Below are positions 8,632 to 18,288 of a DNA stretch of 48,575 bases, one piece after another (the stretch's first letter is position 1; every line of letters starts with the position of its first letter). A program made the position numbers and the translations under genes. The stretch spans positions 1-48,575 of IMG/VR virus record IMGVR_UViG_2582581022_000007, one strand, 5' to 3'. The notes beneath the pieces were generated by a model that saw only the letters and a list, made by a program, of their open reading frames with translations, did not search any database and was not told the DNA's origin. The stretch is from a virus (taxonomy: Duplodnaviria > Heunggongvirae > Uroviricota > Caudoviricetes).

Positions 8632-9339
8632 ATGAATTTGTTTGAACGTCTTCTGCATCGTCGCCTTTGCAACGAACAACCTGCTGATGGTGGCGCAGCT
8701 CCTGCTGCATCTGAACCTGCTGCATCAACTGGGGATAATCCGGCACCAGCTGGCGATCCGGCTAAATCGGAAGGCGATAAGTCACAGCCAGGCGCTGAAG
8801 GTGACAAACCTCAGGAAGAAAAACCTGCTGATGGTGATAAGCCAGAAGAGAAAAAGCCTGGCGAAGAAAAAGAGCAGAAGCAGGAAGGCGCGCCGGAGAA
8901 ATATGAGTTCAAACCAGCCGAAGGACAGGAGCTTGATGCTGCTGCTCTTGAGCAGTTCGAGCCTATCGCCCGTGAACTGAACCTGACCAATGATCAGGCG
9001 CAGAAGATGGTCGACCTGTACGGCACCAAGATCATGCCAATGGTCCAGCAGCAGCAGGCAGAAGCCTGGCAGAAGACCACCGAGCAGTGGGCTGCTGACG
9101 TGAAGGCAGACAAAGAGATCGGCGGCGACAAGCTCACCGGTAACCTGAGCGCTGCACAGCGTGCTCTTGCTCAGTTCGGTACGCCTGAACTGAAAGAATA
9201 TCTGGAAGGCACTGGCCTGGGTAATCACCCTGAACTGGTCAAGGCGTTCGTGAAAATCGGTAAAGCCATGTCGGAAGACGGCATGGTCGATGGCAGTAAT
9301 CAAGGCCAGCGTAGTGCGGCCGAAGTGCTTTATGGCTAA
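8632..9339 (+). CDS. scaffolding protein (putative)
   Basis: Acidic low-complexity protein (GDKSQPGAEGDKPQEEKPADGDKPEEKKPGEEKEQKQEG) immediately upstream of major capsid gene. Confidence 0.6.
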   Translation: MNLFERLLHRRLCNEQPADGGAAPAASEPAASTGDNPAPAGDPAKSEGDKSQPGAEGDKPQEEKPADGDKPEEKKPGEEKEQKQEGAPEKYEFKPAEGQELDAAALEQFEPIARELNLTNDQAQKMVDLYGTKIMPMVQQQQAEAWQKTTEQWAADVKADKEIGGDKLTGNLSAAQRALAQFGTPELKEYLEGTGLGNHPELVKAFVKIGKAMSEDGMVDGSNQGQRSAAEVLYG

Positions 9340-9356
9340 TAAGAGAGGATATAACC

Positions 9357-10343
9357 ATGGCTGTTAAAGGCGTAAATGCGCTGACGCTGGCTGACTGGGC
9401 TAAGCGTACTGATCCAAACGGGAAGGTCGATAAGATCGTCGAACTCCTTTCCCAGACCAACGAAATCCTGACGGACATGATGTTCGTTGAGGGTAACCTG
9501 CCAACCGGCCACCGTACTACCGTGCGCTCTGGTTTGCCATCTGCTACCTGGCGTTTGCTTAACTACGGCGTGCAGCCAAGCAAATCAACTACAGTACAGG
9601 TAACCGACACCTGCGGGATGCTGGAAACTTATGCCGAAGTTGACAAGTCACTGGCAGATCTGAACGGCAACACCGCTGAATTCCGTCTGTCTGAAGACCG
9701 TGCGTTCATCGAAGGCATGAACCAGCAGATGGCTCAGACTCTGTTCTATGGCGATACAAGTGTTAACCCTCAGCAGTTCATGGGGCTTGCTTCTCGTTAT
9801 TCCAGCAAATCTGCCGGTAATGGGCAGAACATTATTGATGCTGGCGGTACCGGTACCGACAACACTTCTATCTGGCTGGTTGTGTGGGGAGAAAACACGG
9901 TTCACGGTATTTTCCCGAAAGGTCAGAAAGCAGGATTACAGACTCAGAATCTGGGCGAACAGACGCTTATCGATGCTGCTGGTGGTAAATACCAGGGATA
10001 CCGTACCCACTACAAGTGGGATAACGGACTGGCCCTGCGTGACTGGCGCTACGTTGTTCGCATCGCCAACATCGATGTGAGCGATCTGTCTGTTCCAGCT
10101 TCTGCTGCAAACATCGTCACGATGATGGTTAAAGCGCTGCACCGCGTTCCTAACCTGAAGATGGGTCGCGCGGCTTTCTACATGAACCGCACTGTTGCCC
10201 AGGCACTCGACCTGCAATCTCTGGATAAAGCTTCTCTGGCTCTGTCCGTCAAAGAGACTGAGGGCGAATGGTGGACCACTTTCCGTGGCATCCCAATCCG
10301 TGAAACTGACGCAATTCTGGAAACAGAAGCGCGCGTTGTTTAA
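9357..10343 (+). CDS. major capsid protein
   Basis: 328 aa, strong RBS (AGAGAGGATATAACC-ATG), position after scaffold, followed by stem-loop. Confidence 0.7.
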   Translation: MAVKGVNALTLADWAKRTDPNGKVDKIVELLSQTNEILTDMMFVEGNLPTGHRTTVRSGLPSATWRLLNYGVQPSKSTTVQVTDTCGMLETYAEVDKSLADLNGNTAEFRLSEDRAFIEGMNQQMAQTLFYGDTSVNPQQFMGLASRYSSKSAGNGQNIIDAGGTGTDNTSIWLVVWGENTVHGIFPKGQKAGLQTQNLGEQTLIDAAGGKYQGYRTHYKWDNGLALRDWRYVVRIANIDVSDLSVPASAANIVTMMVKALHRVPNLKMGRAAFYMNRTVAQALDLQSLDKASLALSVKETEGEWWTTFRGIPIRETDAILETEARVV

Positions 10344-10359
10344 CGCCTGTCATTAACTA

Positions 10360-10379
10360 ATGGGCCTTAACCGGCCCAT
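10360..10379 (+). other. RNA stem-loop directly after capsid gene (ATGGGCC-ttaacc-GGCCCAT)
   Basis: Perfect 7-bp inverted repeat; no T-run, so more likely processing or attenuation structure than full terminator. Confidence 0.4.
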
Positions 10380-10394
10380 GAATGGAGAAAGAAA

Positions 10395-10835
10395 ATGATC
10401 CTCGACAAACTGTTGATGTTCTCCGAGAAGCAGGCGGTTACAGCTTCTGCTGCTTCTACGGATGTGATTGACCTTGGACCTATCGACGGCACCCGCCGCG
10501 ATATCGGTGTGGGTTATCCGCTGGAGTTCTGGGCAACCGTTGACACCACTGCGACCGCTGCCGGTGCTGCGACTCTTAACGTTCAACTACAGACCAGCCA
10601 GGACAACTCCACCTGGACCACTATCTACGATAGCGGTGCTTTGGCACTTGCTGCGTTGACTGCTGGCAAGCGCCTGTTCTCTGCGAAGGTTCCTGCTGGT
10701 GTTCAGCGTTATCTGCGCGTGAACTACACGGTAGGTACTGGCCCACTGACGGCTGGCGCGTTCACCTCGGGAATTAACCTGGATGTTGATAACAACAGCC
10801 CGTACTACCCGATTCGTTCAAAAGTGACTGGCTAA
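10395..10835 (+). CDS. hypothetical structural protein (possible capsid decoration protein)
   Basis: 146 aa, Thr/Ala/Gly-rich, good RBS (GGAGAAAGAAA-ATG), directly after capsid gene. Confidence 0.45.
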   Translation: MILDKLLMFSEKQAVTASAASTDVIDLGPIDGTRRDIGVGYPLEFWATVDTTATAAGAATLNVQLQTSQDNSTWTTIYDSGALALAALTAGKRLFSAKVPAGVQRYLRVNYTVGTGPLTAGAFTSGINLDVDNNSPYYPIRSKVTG

Positions 10836-10845
10836 GGGGATATCG

Positions 10846-11190
10846 ATGTCAGGTGAAAAAGCAAGATACCGAGTCCTGCGTTTATCACACATTCATAACA
10901 ACCTATGGCCTGAAGGCTCTGAAGTTGAGTATGACGGTGAGCCGGGCACGGCGCTGGAGCCGCTGAACGATGCTGCACGTGCAGCAAAGGCTAAAGCAAA
11001 GCACAAAGGCGAACCAACGGTTGTCGTTGCTGAGCATGAGCCGCTGAACGATGCGGATAGCGCTGATGATGGTCTGGATAAACTCCGCGAAGAGTATGAG
11101 TTCCTCTTCAACGAGAAACCGCATCACAACGCCAAAGCCGAAACGCTCCGCGAGAAGATCGCAGATAAGCGTAAAGAACTGGGCGTCTAA
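10846..11190 (+). CDS. hypothetical structural-module protein
   Basis: RBS AAGGGGA before ATG; followed by hairpin. Confidence 0.5.
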   Translation: MSGEKARYRVLRLSHIHNNLWPEGSEVEYDGEPGTALEPLNDAARAAKAKAKHKGEPTVVVAEHEPLNDADSADDGLDKLREEYEFLFNEKPHHNAKAETLREKIADKRKELGV

Positions 11191-11206
11191 GCCTCGCTAA
11201 TCAAAC

Positions 11207-11228
11207 AGGGGGCTTCGGCCCCCTTCTT
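11207..11228 (+). terminator. terminator-like hairpin (AGGGGGC-ttcg-GCCCCCT + TCTT)
   Basis: Perfect GC-rich stem with weak U-tract. Confidence 0.4.
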
Positions 11229-11241
11229 GCAGGAGTCCGTT

Positions 11242-11565
11242 ATGGATCTGGTAAACCTCAAAACCGGCACCGACACATATCAGGATGAGGATGGTAAAAC
11301 CCAGACTCGTGATGATTATCCGTGGGGCCTTTGCATTGAGTTGAACAACGAGACGCTCGCCAAGCTCAAGGCAACGCCTCAATCCGCTGGCACTGAAGTA
11401 ATGATCACCGCAAAGGCAACTATTCGCTCAACGTCTACCCGCGAAACGGAAGATGGAATGCAGCATAACGCCAGTCTGCAGATCACTGATATGGCACTCA
11501 GCCCCGTATCCGGGGAGCAACCGAAGACAGCAGCGCAAACTCTTTACGGTGGGGAGGATGATTAA
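11242..11565 (+). CDS. hypothetical structural protein
   Basis: ATG at 11242 after GCAGGAG RBS. Confidence 0.5.
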   Translation: MDLVNLKTGTDTYQDEDGKTQTRDDYPWGLCIELNNETLAKLKATPQSAGTEVMITAKATIRSTSTRETEDGMQHNASLQITDMALSPVSGEQPKTAAQTLYGGEDD

Positions 11566-12170
11566 TGGCCTCCGTTATCGAGATCTGCAACCGCGCGCTG
11601 AGCAATATCGGCAACAGCCGCAGCATAAACAGTCTGAATGAAGCCAGTAAAGAGGCCGGACAGTGCTCCCTGCATTATGATGCTTGCCGCGATGCTGCTC
11701 TGGCTGATTTCGACTGGAACTTTGCTACCAAGCGCGTTGCGCTAGCTGATACCAATAATCCACCTCCTGACTGGCAATACGCCTACCAGTACCCATCTGA
11801 TTGTGTTCGCATAACCGAGATCATGCCGACAGGCATACGCAATCCTACTGCTGAGCAGCGCATTGAGTATGTTGTCGGTTCCAATGAGGACCTGACAGGT
11901 AAGCTCATTTACACCGATCAGCCGAAAGCGTGGTTGAAGTACGTGGCGCGGGTTACTGACGTCAATATGTATGACGCCATTTTTATGGAGGCGCTTTCCT
12001 GGCGTCTGGCTGCTGCTATCAATATGGCGCTGACCGGTAGCGCAGATCTCGGTAACAACGCACTGACGATGTACAACCGCGTGATCCTGAGTGCTGGCTC
12101 ACATAGCCAGAACGAATCACAGGAGCCACAACCACCGGTAGATGAGTTCACAGCAGCGAGGTTGTCATAA
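11565..12170 (+). CDS. tail tubular protein A-like (adaptor/gatekeeper), T7 gp11-like by size and position
   Basis: 201 aa immediately before an 825-aa gene, matching the gp11 (196 aa)/gp12 (794 aa) pair of T7-like podoviruses; ATGA overlaps. Confidence 0.45.
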   Translation: MASVIEICNRALSNIGNSRSINSLNEASKEAGQCSLHYDACRDAALADFDWNFATKRVALADTNNPPPDWQYAYQYPSDCVRITEIMPTGIRNPTAEQRIEYVVGSNEDLTGKLIYTDQPKAWLKYVARVTDVNMYDAIFMEALSWRLAAAINMALTGSADLGNNALTMYNRVILSAGSHSQNESQEPQPPVDEFTAARLS

Positions 12171-14647
12171 TGGCTTTTAGCTGGATTCAACCGAGCTTTG
12201 CCGGTGGTGAAATTGGTCCGTCACTGTATGGCCGCATTGATATGTCAAAGTATCAGGTGGCGCTTCGCAAGTGCGATAACTTCATTGTTCGTCAGTATGG
12301 CGGTGTCGAGAACAGACCAGGTACGCGCTTTGTTGGCCCAGCTAAATATCCTGATCGCAAGTGCCGGTTAATCCCGTTTCAGTTCTCGACCGTCCAGACC
12401 TACGCGCTTGAGTTCGGTCATAACTATATGCGCGTCATTAAAGACGGAGCTTATGTTCTGACGACCAGTAATGTGATTTATGAGCTGGCGATGCCGTATG
12501 CTGATACCGACCTTTTCCGCATTAAATTCACGCAGAGCGCCGACGTTCTGACGCTGGTGCATCCTGCTTACCCGCCGAAAGAGCTGCGTCGTTACGCGCA
12601 CGACAACTGGCAGATTGTCGACGTCACCACCAAAAACGGACCGTTCGAAGATATCAACGTTGACGAGACAGTAAAGGTATACGCCAGCGCCAGCACCGGC
12701 ACCATTACGCTGACGGCCAGCTCTGCCATCTTCGGTGCTGAGCAGGTCGGAAAACTGTTCTATCTCGAGCAGCCTGCTATTGATTCCGTACCGGTATGGG
12801 AAACCAGCAAGACCACGGCAATCAATGATGTTCGTCGTGCAGACAGCAACTACTACCGCGCCAATACTGCTGGCAAGACCGGAACACTTCGCCCTTCGCA
12901 TACCGAGGGAATGTCGTGGGATGGCTGGGGCGGTACCGGTTCAGATGATACCGGGATCCAGTGGGAGTACCTGCACAGCGGTTTTGGCATTGCCAGAATC
13001 ACAGCGGTGGCTGGTGATGGACTGACAGCAACTGCCGATGTGGTTTCATTCATTCCTTCTCAGGCGGTTGGGTCCACTAACGCCAGCTATAAGTGGGCGA
13101 AATACGCATGGAACAGCGTTAACGGCTACCCGAGCACCGTTGTTTACTACCAGCAGAGGCTGTATTTTGCCGCGTCTACCGCGTACCCGCAAACCATCTG
13201 GGCAAGCCGCACCGGCGATTATAAGGACTTCGGAAAGAACAACCCTATTCAGGATGATGATCGGATTATTTACACCTACGCCGGTAGGCAGGTGAATGAA
13301 ATCCGCCATCTTATTGACGTTGGCAACCTGGTCGCGCTGACTTCCGGAGGGGAATATACGATATCCGGGGACCAGAATAAGGTTCTCACGCCGTCGGCGT
13401 TTTCTTTCAGCTCACAGGGTAATAACGGGTCCAGTAACGTGCCACCTATTGCCGTGGCTAACATTGCGTTGTTCATCCAGGAGAAAGGAAGCGTGGTCCG
13501 TGATCTGGCGTATTCATTTGATGTTGACGGATACCAGGGCACCGACCTGACCATACTGGCAAACCACCTTTTCCAGAAGCACAGTATTGTTGACTGGTCA
13601 TTCTGCATCGTGCCGTACAGCAGCGCGTTCTGCATTCGTGATGACGGCAAGTTGCTGGTGTTGACCTATCTGCGTGATCAGCAGGTTTTTGCCTGGGCAC
13701 CGCAATCCAGTGCCGGTAAGTACGAAAGCACCTGCTCCATCAGTGAAGGCAGCGAGGATGCTGTTTACTTCGTGGTTAACCGTACTATTAATGGGCAGAC
13801 TGTGCGTTACATCGAGCGCCTTTCCAGTCGCCTGTTCACCAACGATGAAGATGCGTTCTTTGTCGACTGCGGCCTGAGCTACGACGGACGCAACACATCA
13901 TCACGCACAATGACCATCAGCGGTGGCACGGGTGACTGGAGCTATCAGGTTGATTATCCGGTTACGGTGAGTGGTGGAGCGTATTTCGTTAATACTGATG
14001 TTGGTTCTCAGATTCAGTTCCCATATACCGGAACGGATCCAGACACCAACGAACCGGTGGCTAAAGAGCTGCGCGGCGATATCATCTCGGTAACAAGCAA
14101 TACCGCAGTTACCGTCCGATTCAATCGCAACGTTCCGGAGATACTTCGCAATGTGCCAACAACTAACTGGCAGATGGCCCGACAGACGTTCGGCGGCCTT
14201 TCTCACCTCGAAGGGCAAACGGTAAACATCCTGTCAGATGCCAGCGTTGAACCACAGAAAACAGTAACTGGTGGCTCTGTCACGCTGGAATCACCAGGCG
14301 CAGTTGTGCACATCGGTCTTCCTATCACTGCTGAATTCGAAACACTGGATATCAATATCAACGGCCAGGAAACGCTGCTGGATAAAAAGCAGGTCATTCC
14401 TACTGTCACGATGGTGGTTAATGCCAGCCGTGGCATCTGGGCCACTACTCCTGGTGGGACATGGTACGAATACCAGCAGCGTGAATTTGAGTTCTACGAC
14501 GATCCTGTTGATGACGCTACCGGCAAGGTTGAAGTAAAACTCGACAGCAACTGGGATAAAAACGGACGCGTTAAGGTTCGCCAACTTGATCCTTTGCCGC
14601 TGTCAGTGCTTGCTGTTCTTCCTCGACTTACCGTCGGAGGCTTCTGA
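12170..14647 (+). CDS. tail tubular protein B-like (nozzle), T7 gp12-like by size and position
   Basis: 825 aa, overlapping start/stop with neighbours. Confidence 0.5.
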   Translation: MAFSWIQPSFAGGEIGPSLYGRIDMSKYQVALRKCDNFIVRQYGGVENRPGTRFVGPAKYPDRKCRLIPFQFSTVQTYALEFGHNYMRVIKDGAYVLTTSNVIYELAMPYADTDLFRIKFTQSADVLTLVHPAYPPKELRRYAHDNWQIVDVTTKNGPFEDINVDETVKVYASASTGTITLTASSAIFGAEQVGKLFYLEQPAIDSVPVWETSKTTAINDVRRADSNYYRANTAGKTGTLRPSHTEGMSWDGWGGTGSDDTGIQWEYLHSGFGIARITAVAGDGLTATADVVSFIPSQAVGSTNASYKWAKYAWNSVNGYPSTVVYYQQRLYFAASTAYPQTIWASRTGDYKDFGKNNPIQDDDRIIYTYAGRQVNEIRHLIDVGNLVALTSGGEYTISGDQNKVLTPSAFSFSSQGNNGSSNVPPIAVANIALFIQEKGSVVRDLAYSFDVDGYQGTDLTILANHLFQKHSIVDWSFCIVPYSSAFCIRDDGKLLVLTYLRDQQVFAWAPQSSAGKYESTCSISEGSEDAVYFVVNRTINGQTVRYIERLSSRLFTNDEDAFFVDCGLSYDGRNTSSRTMTISGGTGDWSYQVDYPVTVSGGAYFVNTDVGSQIQFPYTGTDPDTNEPVAKELRGDIISVTSNTAVTVRFNRNVPEILRNVPTTNWQMARQTFGGLSHLEGQTVNILSDASVEPQKTVTGGSVTLESPGAVVHIGLPITAEFETLDININGQETLLDKKQVIPTVTMVVNASRGIWATTPGGTWYEYQQREFEFYDDPVDDATGKVEVKLDSNWDKNGRVKVRQLDPLPLSVLAVLPRLTVGGF

Positions 14648-15111
14648 TGATTAACGCTCAGATCGTACCAACTACCGCAGAACACATCGAAGCCATGCTT
14701 CCACGTGTCCGCCAGGCTGATATCGATGAGTTTATGGCAACTAATGGATGGAGTCCGCGCCGCGTGCTGGAAACTGGTCTGCGCACGTCAACATTTTGCT
14801 GTGCCGGATTGATTAACGGTGAAGTGGTGACTGTCTTTGGCGTAGCACCAGCATCGATGATCGGCGGCAGCGGTATTCCGTGGCTGGTGGGCACTGACGC
14901 GCTGGAGAAATACCAGAGCACCTTCCTTCGCCGCTGTGGGAAAGTGGTCAATGCAATGCTTACTGTTTACCCGTATCTTGAAAATTATGTTGATGCACGT
15001 AACCACACTGCGCGCATTTGGCTTCACTGGCTGGGATTCACCATCGACGAAGCTCAGCCATACGGCATTAAAAACCTACCGTTTCACCGTTTCCACATGG
15101 AGAGAAAATAA
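14647..15111 (+). CDS. internal virion protein (putative)
   Basis: 154 aa between nozzle gene and internal-virion block. Confidence 0.4.
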   Translation: MINAQIVPTTAEHIEAMLPRVRQADIDEFMATNGWSPRRVLETGLRTSTFCCAGLINGEVVTVFGVAPASMIGGSGIPWLVGTDALEKYQSTFLRRCGKVVNAMLTVYPYLENYVDARNHTARIWLHWLGFTIDEAQPYGIKNLPFHRFHMERK

Positions 15112-15653
15112 TGTGCAGCCCGGCTATCGCTCTCGCTGGCGCCAGTGTCGCTTTAAGTGGCGTTTCAGCATACAACCAGTACCAGCAAGGTAAGTATTCG
15201 TCTGCTGTTGCCGAGCAAAATGCAGAGGTGGCGACGGCACAGGCACAGGATTCTATCAACCGTGGCAACGCTCAGGCTGATGAGGTTCGTCGCCGTAATC
15301 GTCAGGCCGCTGGCACCCAGGCGGCAACCATGGGCGCTACAGGTGCAGATCTATCCACTGGTGGATCGCTGGATATCTTTGGTGATACGGCTCAGTTTGG
15401 TGCACTGGATGCGCTGACAACGGTCAATAACGCTCAGCGTGAAGCGTATGGCTATCAGGTTCAGGCAGAAAACTACAAAGCCCAGGCCAGTGCTTCGCGT
15501 AAGCAGGGGAATATGGGCGCATTTACCACACTGCTGACTGCTCCGCTTAATGCGTATGGTGCTTATAGGATTGGTGGTGGTGAATGGAACCCGTTCACAC
15601 AAAGCACCCCAGCACCAATTAGTGTCGCTATCGGTACACCAACCGGTCGATAA
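15111..15653 (+). CDS. internal virion protein (putative), Ala/Gln-rich
   Basis: 180 aa, in same operon. Confidence 0.4.
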   Translation: MCSPAIALAGASVALSGVSAYNQYQQGKYSSAVAEQNAEVATAQAQDSINRGNAQADEVRRRNRQAAGTQAATMGATGADLSTGGSLDIFGDTAQFGALDALTTVNNAQREAYGYQVQAENYKAQASASRKQGNMGAFTTLLTAPLNAYGAYRIGGGEWNPFTQSTPAPISVAIGTPTGR

Positions 15654-15665
15654 GGAGACATAGAA

Positions 15666-18287
15666 ATGCCAACAGTACCAACAGTCACCGGTCGTCAGGT
15701 CGAAAGCAGGGGGTTTCAGTCTCCTGGTTTTCAGGCATTAGATCAGCCAAACATTGGTGATGCTATCGTCGACGCTGGCAGCAAAGCCATCAACGTATTT
15801 GGAGAGGCCAAGCAACGGGCAAATGTGGCACTTACCCAAGAGGCAACTCTTCAACTGAATGCGGTTGGCAACGATCTGCTAAATAACCCTGATTCAGGAT
15901 TCATGAATCTGCAAGGGAAGAACGCGATCGGCAAGTGGCAGGAGTACGTGCAGCAGTTTGATTCTCAGGCGCAGAGCATTGCAGCAAGCCTGCCGGATGA
16001 GCAGGCGCGAAATGCGTTTCTTCAGCAGGCACAGCAGCAGAGAATCCAGTTCAAGACGACCGCTGTTCGCCATGAAGTTGGGCAGGTGCGTCAGTACGAA
16101 GCAGGTATGCAGGAGGGAACGTTACGTTCGCTGGCACAGCAGGCGATTTCTCCTGGTCTGTTTGTTCCTGCATTGATGAATGCTCGTAATTCTATTATCG
16201 CTTATGGGAAAGCCCACGGACAGAGCGATGAGGAAATAGAGTCTAATTTCGTGCAGTGGCGTGAGCAGGCCGCCAACCGCGCCAGCGAAGCATGGTATAC
16301 ACCAACCTATCAGCAAATCATGGGGCCGGAAGGTAAGATCGAAGTTACCGACACTCCGAGCGAATCGCAGCTTTTTTCCGCGATGATCTGGCAGGAATCC
16401 GGAGGTAATCAGTATGGCAAAGACGGTTTACCACTGGTATCTCCGAAAGGTGCAGTAGGGGTGGCGCAGGTGATGGAGGATACGGGGCCGGAAGCAGCAC
16501 GACTGGCTGGCGTACCGTGGGATCGTGATAAGTGGCTGAACGATACGCGCTACAATGCGAAGCTTGGTCAAGCCTACTTCGGCGCGCAGATGAAGAAGTA
16601 TGACAATAATCCTGTACTGGCGGTGGCGGCGTATAACGCTGGGCCAGGTGCGGTTGATGGATGGATAAAGCAGTTTGGCGACCCGCGTACTGGTGCGGTG
16701 AGCAATGAGCAATTCGCTGCGGCAATCCCTTATGATGAAACTCGCAACTATGTCGCGAAAGTAACCGGCAGCGCTCCGGCGATACCAGGAACTGCTACGA
16801 TGGAAAACCTCATCAATCAGCCTTTCTGGGATGCGATGAGTCCGCAGAACAAATCAGCGATGATGAGCAAAGTGGCAGGCATGTACGATATGCAAGCCGC
16901 AGCTGGTCGCGTGTCATTGCAAAGCCGCATGCAGGATGACCTTGCTAAATTAGAGTCAGGACAGAAAGTTAACCCGATCTCGGAACGTGAGTGGCTGGCG
17001 GTCATGCCGTTGCAGGCAAGCCCGGCGGAGCGCATTCAGATGCGCGAGTCATTCCAGCAATATCAGCAGGCGATGACGCTGCAACCGGTATATCAATCCA
17101 TTGTTCAGGGGTCTGCGCAGCAGGGTATCGCTGCGGTGCAGTCTATGGTGCCGCAGGAAGATGACCCTGACTTTAAATTTAAGCAGAGCTTGTACGCAAC
17201 TGCGCAGGCCAAACTGAATCAGGTAATTAAAGCGCGCGAGTCCGACCCGGGTACGTGGCTACAAGCCAACTCGCCGGTGGTGAAAAACGCCTTTGAGCAA
17301 TATCAGAACAACCAGGCATCAGGTGAATATCTGGTTTCCCGTCTGCAAGCAGAGAAAGACCGCCTTGGTATCAATAGTAAGAAGGTACTTCCTGACGCCA
17401 TGGTTAACAACCTCATTTCTCAGATCGATAACAATAAAGAATCAAGCGTAACCGCCATTCAGTCGGTGGCGCAGTCGTTCGGAAAATACTCCGATCAGGT
17501 TATGCAGCAGGTGCAGAAAAGCGCATATCCAGCGCTTCAAGTCATCATGGCGACCAATAATCCTCGGGCCGCCAACGCGCTCTGGCAAAACCGCAGTGTT
17601 AAAACTTCTGACCTGCGCGGCAGCTTTGAGAAGACAGACGCCGACAGCGCTGATTCATCTTGGAATGACCAGGCAAAAGATTTTGCCGGGACGATGGTTG
17701 TACAGCCTGGCGGGTCTGCCGTGTGGAACAACTTCAACGATCAGGGTAAACGCCTGACCTACACCTATATGCAGCGCGGCATGTCGCCTGGCGATGCAGC
17801 AAAACAGGCATATCAGGACGTTCTCGGTGAGCAGTATCAGACCAATGGCACCTGGCGTATGCCTAACAACGCCGGGCATGATATTCGTGACGTTAATGAC
17901 GGCGCTAACGTGTACCTGAAGAATCTGTCAGCAGATCAGATCATGCCGCTAATCGGTGACGCCCGTCTGCCGGATGAGGTTAACCGAGAGCAAAGTATTT
18001 CCCGCATTCGTGATAACGCACAGTGGGTAACCAACAGCGACGAAACAGGGCTTACGCTGATGATGAATGGTCTGTTGATCAACAATGCGCAGGGGCAGCC
18101 GATTACAGTTTCGTTTGCTGACCTCGCGAAACTTGGCGCTGGCAACCGTACAACTTGGAACAGCCTGACCAAATTAGTGCAGACGCCGGTTAAGTACACT
18201 CCGGGCCAGTCGAAGAATTACACGGTAGAAAGTCAGCGTGAAAATCTGATCAACATTATCCAGAACGGCCAGCAGACGGGACGATAA
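15666..18287 (+). CDS. internal virion/ejection protein with lytic transglycosylase (SLT) domain
   Basis: SLT motifs IWQESGGNQ ... GAVGVAQVM ... AVAAYNAGPGAV in an 873-aa protein. Confidence 0.8.
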   Translation: MPTVPTVTGRQVESRGFQSPGFQALDQPNIGDAIVDAGSKAINVFGEAKQRANVALTQEATLQLNAVGNDLLNNPDSGFMNLQGKNAIGKWQEYVQQFDSQAQSIAASLPDEQARNAFLQQAQQQRIQFKTTAVRHEVGQVRQYEAGMQEGTLRSLAQQAISPGLFVPALMNARNSIIAYGKAHGQSDEEIESNFVQWREQAANRASEAWYTPTYQQIMGPEGKIEVTDTPSESQLFSAMIWQESGGNQYGKDGLPLVSPKGAVGVAQVMEDTGPEAARLAGVPWDRDKWLNDTRYNAKLGQAYFGAQMKKYDNNPVLAVAAYNAGPGAVDGWIKQFGDPRTGAVSNEQFAAAIPYDETRNYVAKVTGSAPAIPGTATMENLINQPFWDAMSPQNKSAMMSKVAGMYDMQAAAGRVSLQSRMQDDLAKLESGQKVNPISEREWLAVMPLQASPAERIQMRESFQQYQQAMTLQPVYQSIVQGSAQQGIAAVQSMVPQEDDPDFKFKQSLYATAQAKLNQVIKARESDPGTWLQANSPVVKNAFEQYQNNQASGEYLVSRLQAEKDRLGINSKKVLPDAMVNNLISQIDNNKESSVTAIQSVAQSFGKYSDQVMQQVQKSAYPALQVIMATNNPRAANALWQNRSVKTSDLRGSFEKTDADSADSSWNDQAKDFAGTMVVQPGGSAVWNNFNDQGKRLTYTYMQRGMSPGDAAKQAYQDVLGEQYQTNGTWRMPNNAGHDIRDVNDGANVYLKNLSADQIMPLIGDARLPDEVNREQSISRIRDNAQWVTNSDETGLTLMMNGLLINNAQGQPITVSFADLAKLGAGNRTTWNSLTKLVQTPVKYTPGQSKNYTVESQRENLINIIQNGQQTGR

Positions 18288-18288
18288 T

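Noticed and set aside
12368-12901. 177-aa minus-strand ORF inside the tail tubular B-like gene
   Set aside because: Antisense shadow ORF within a long structural gene.
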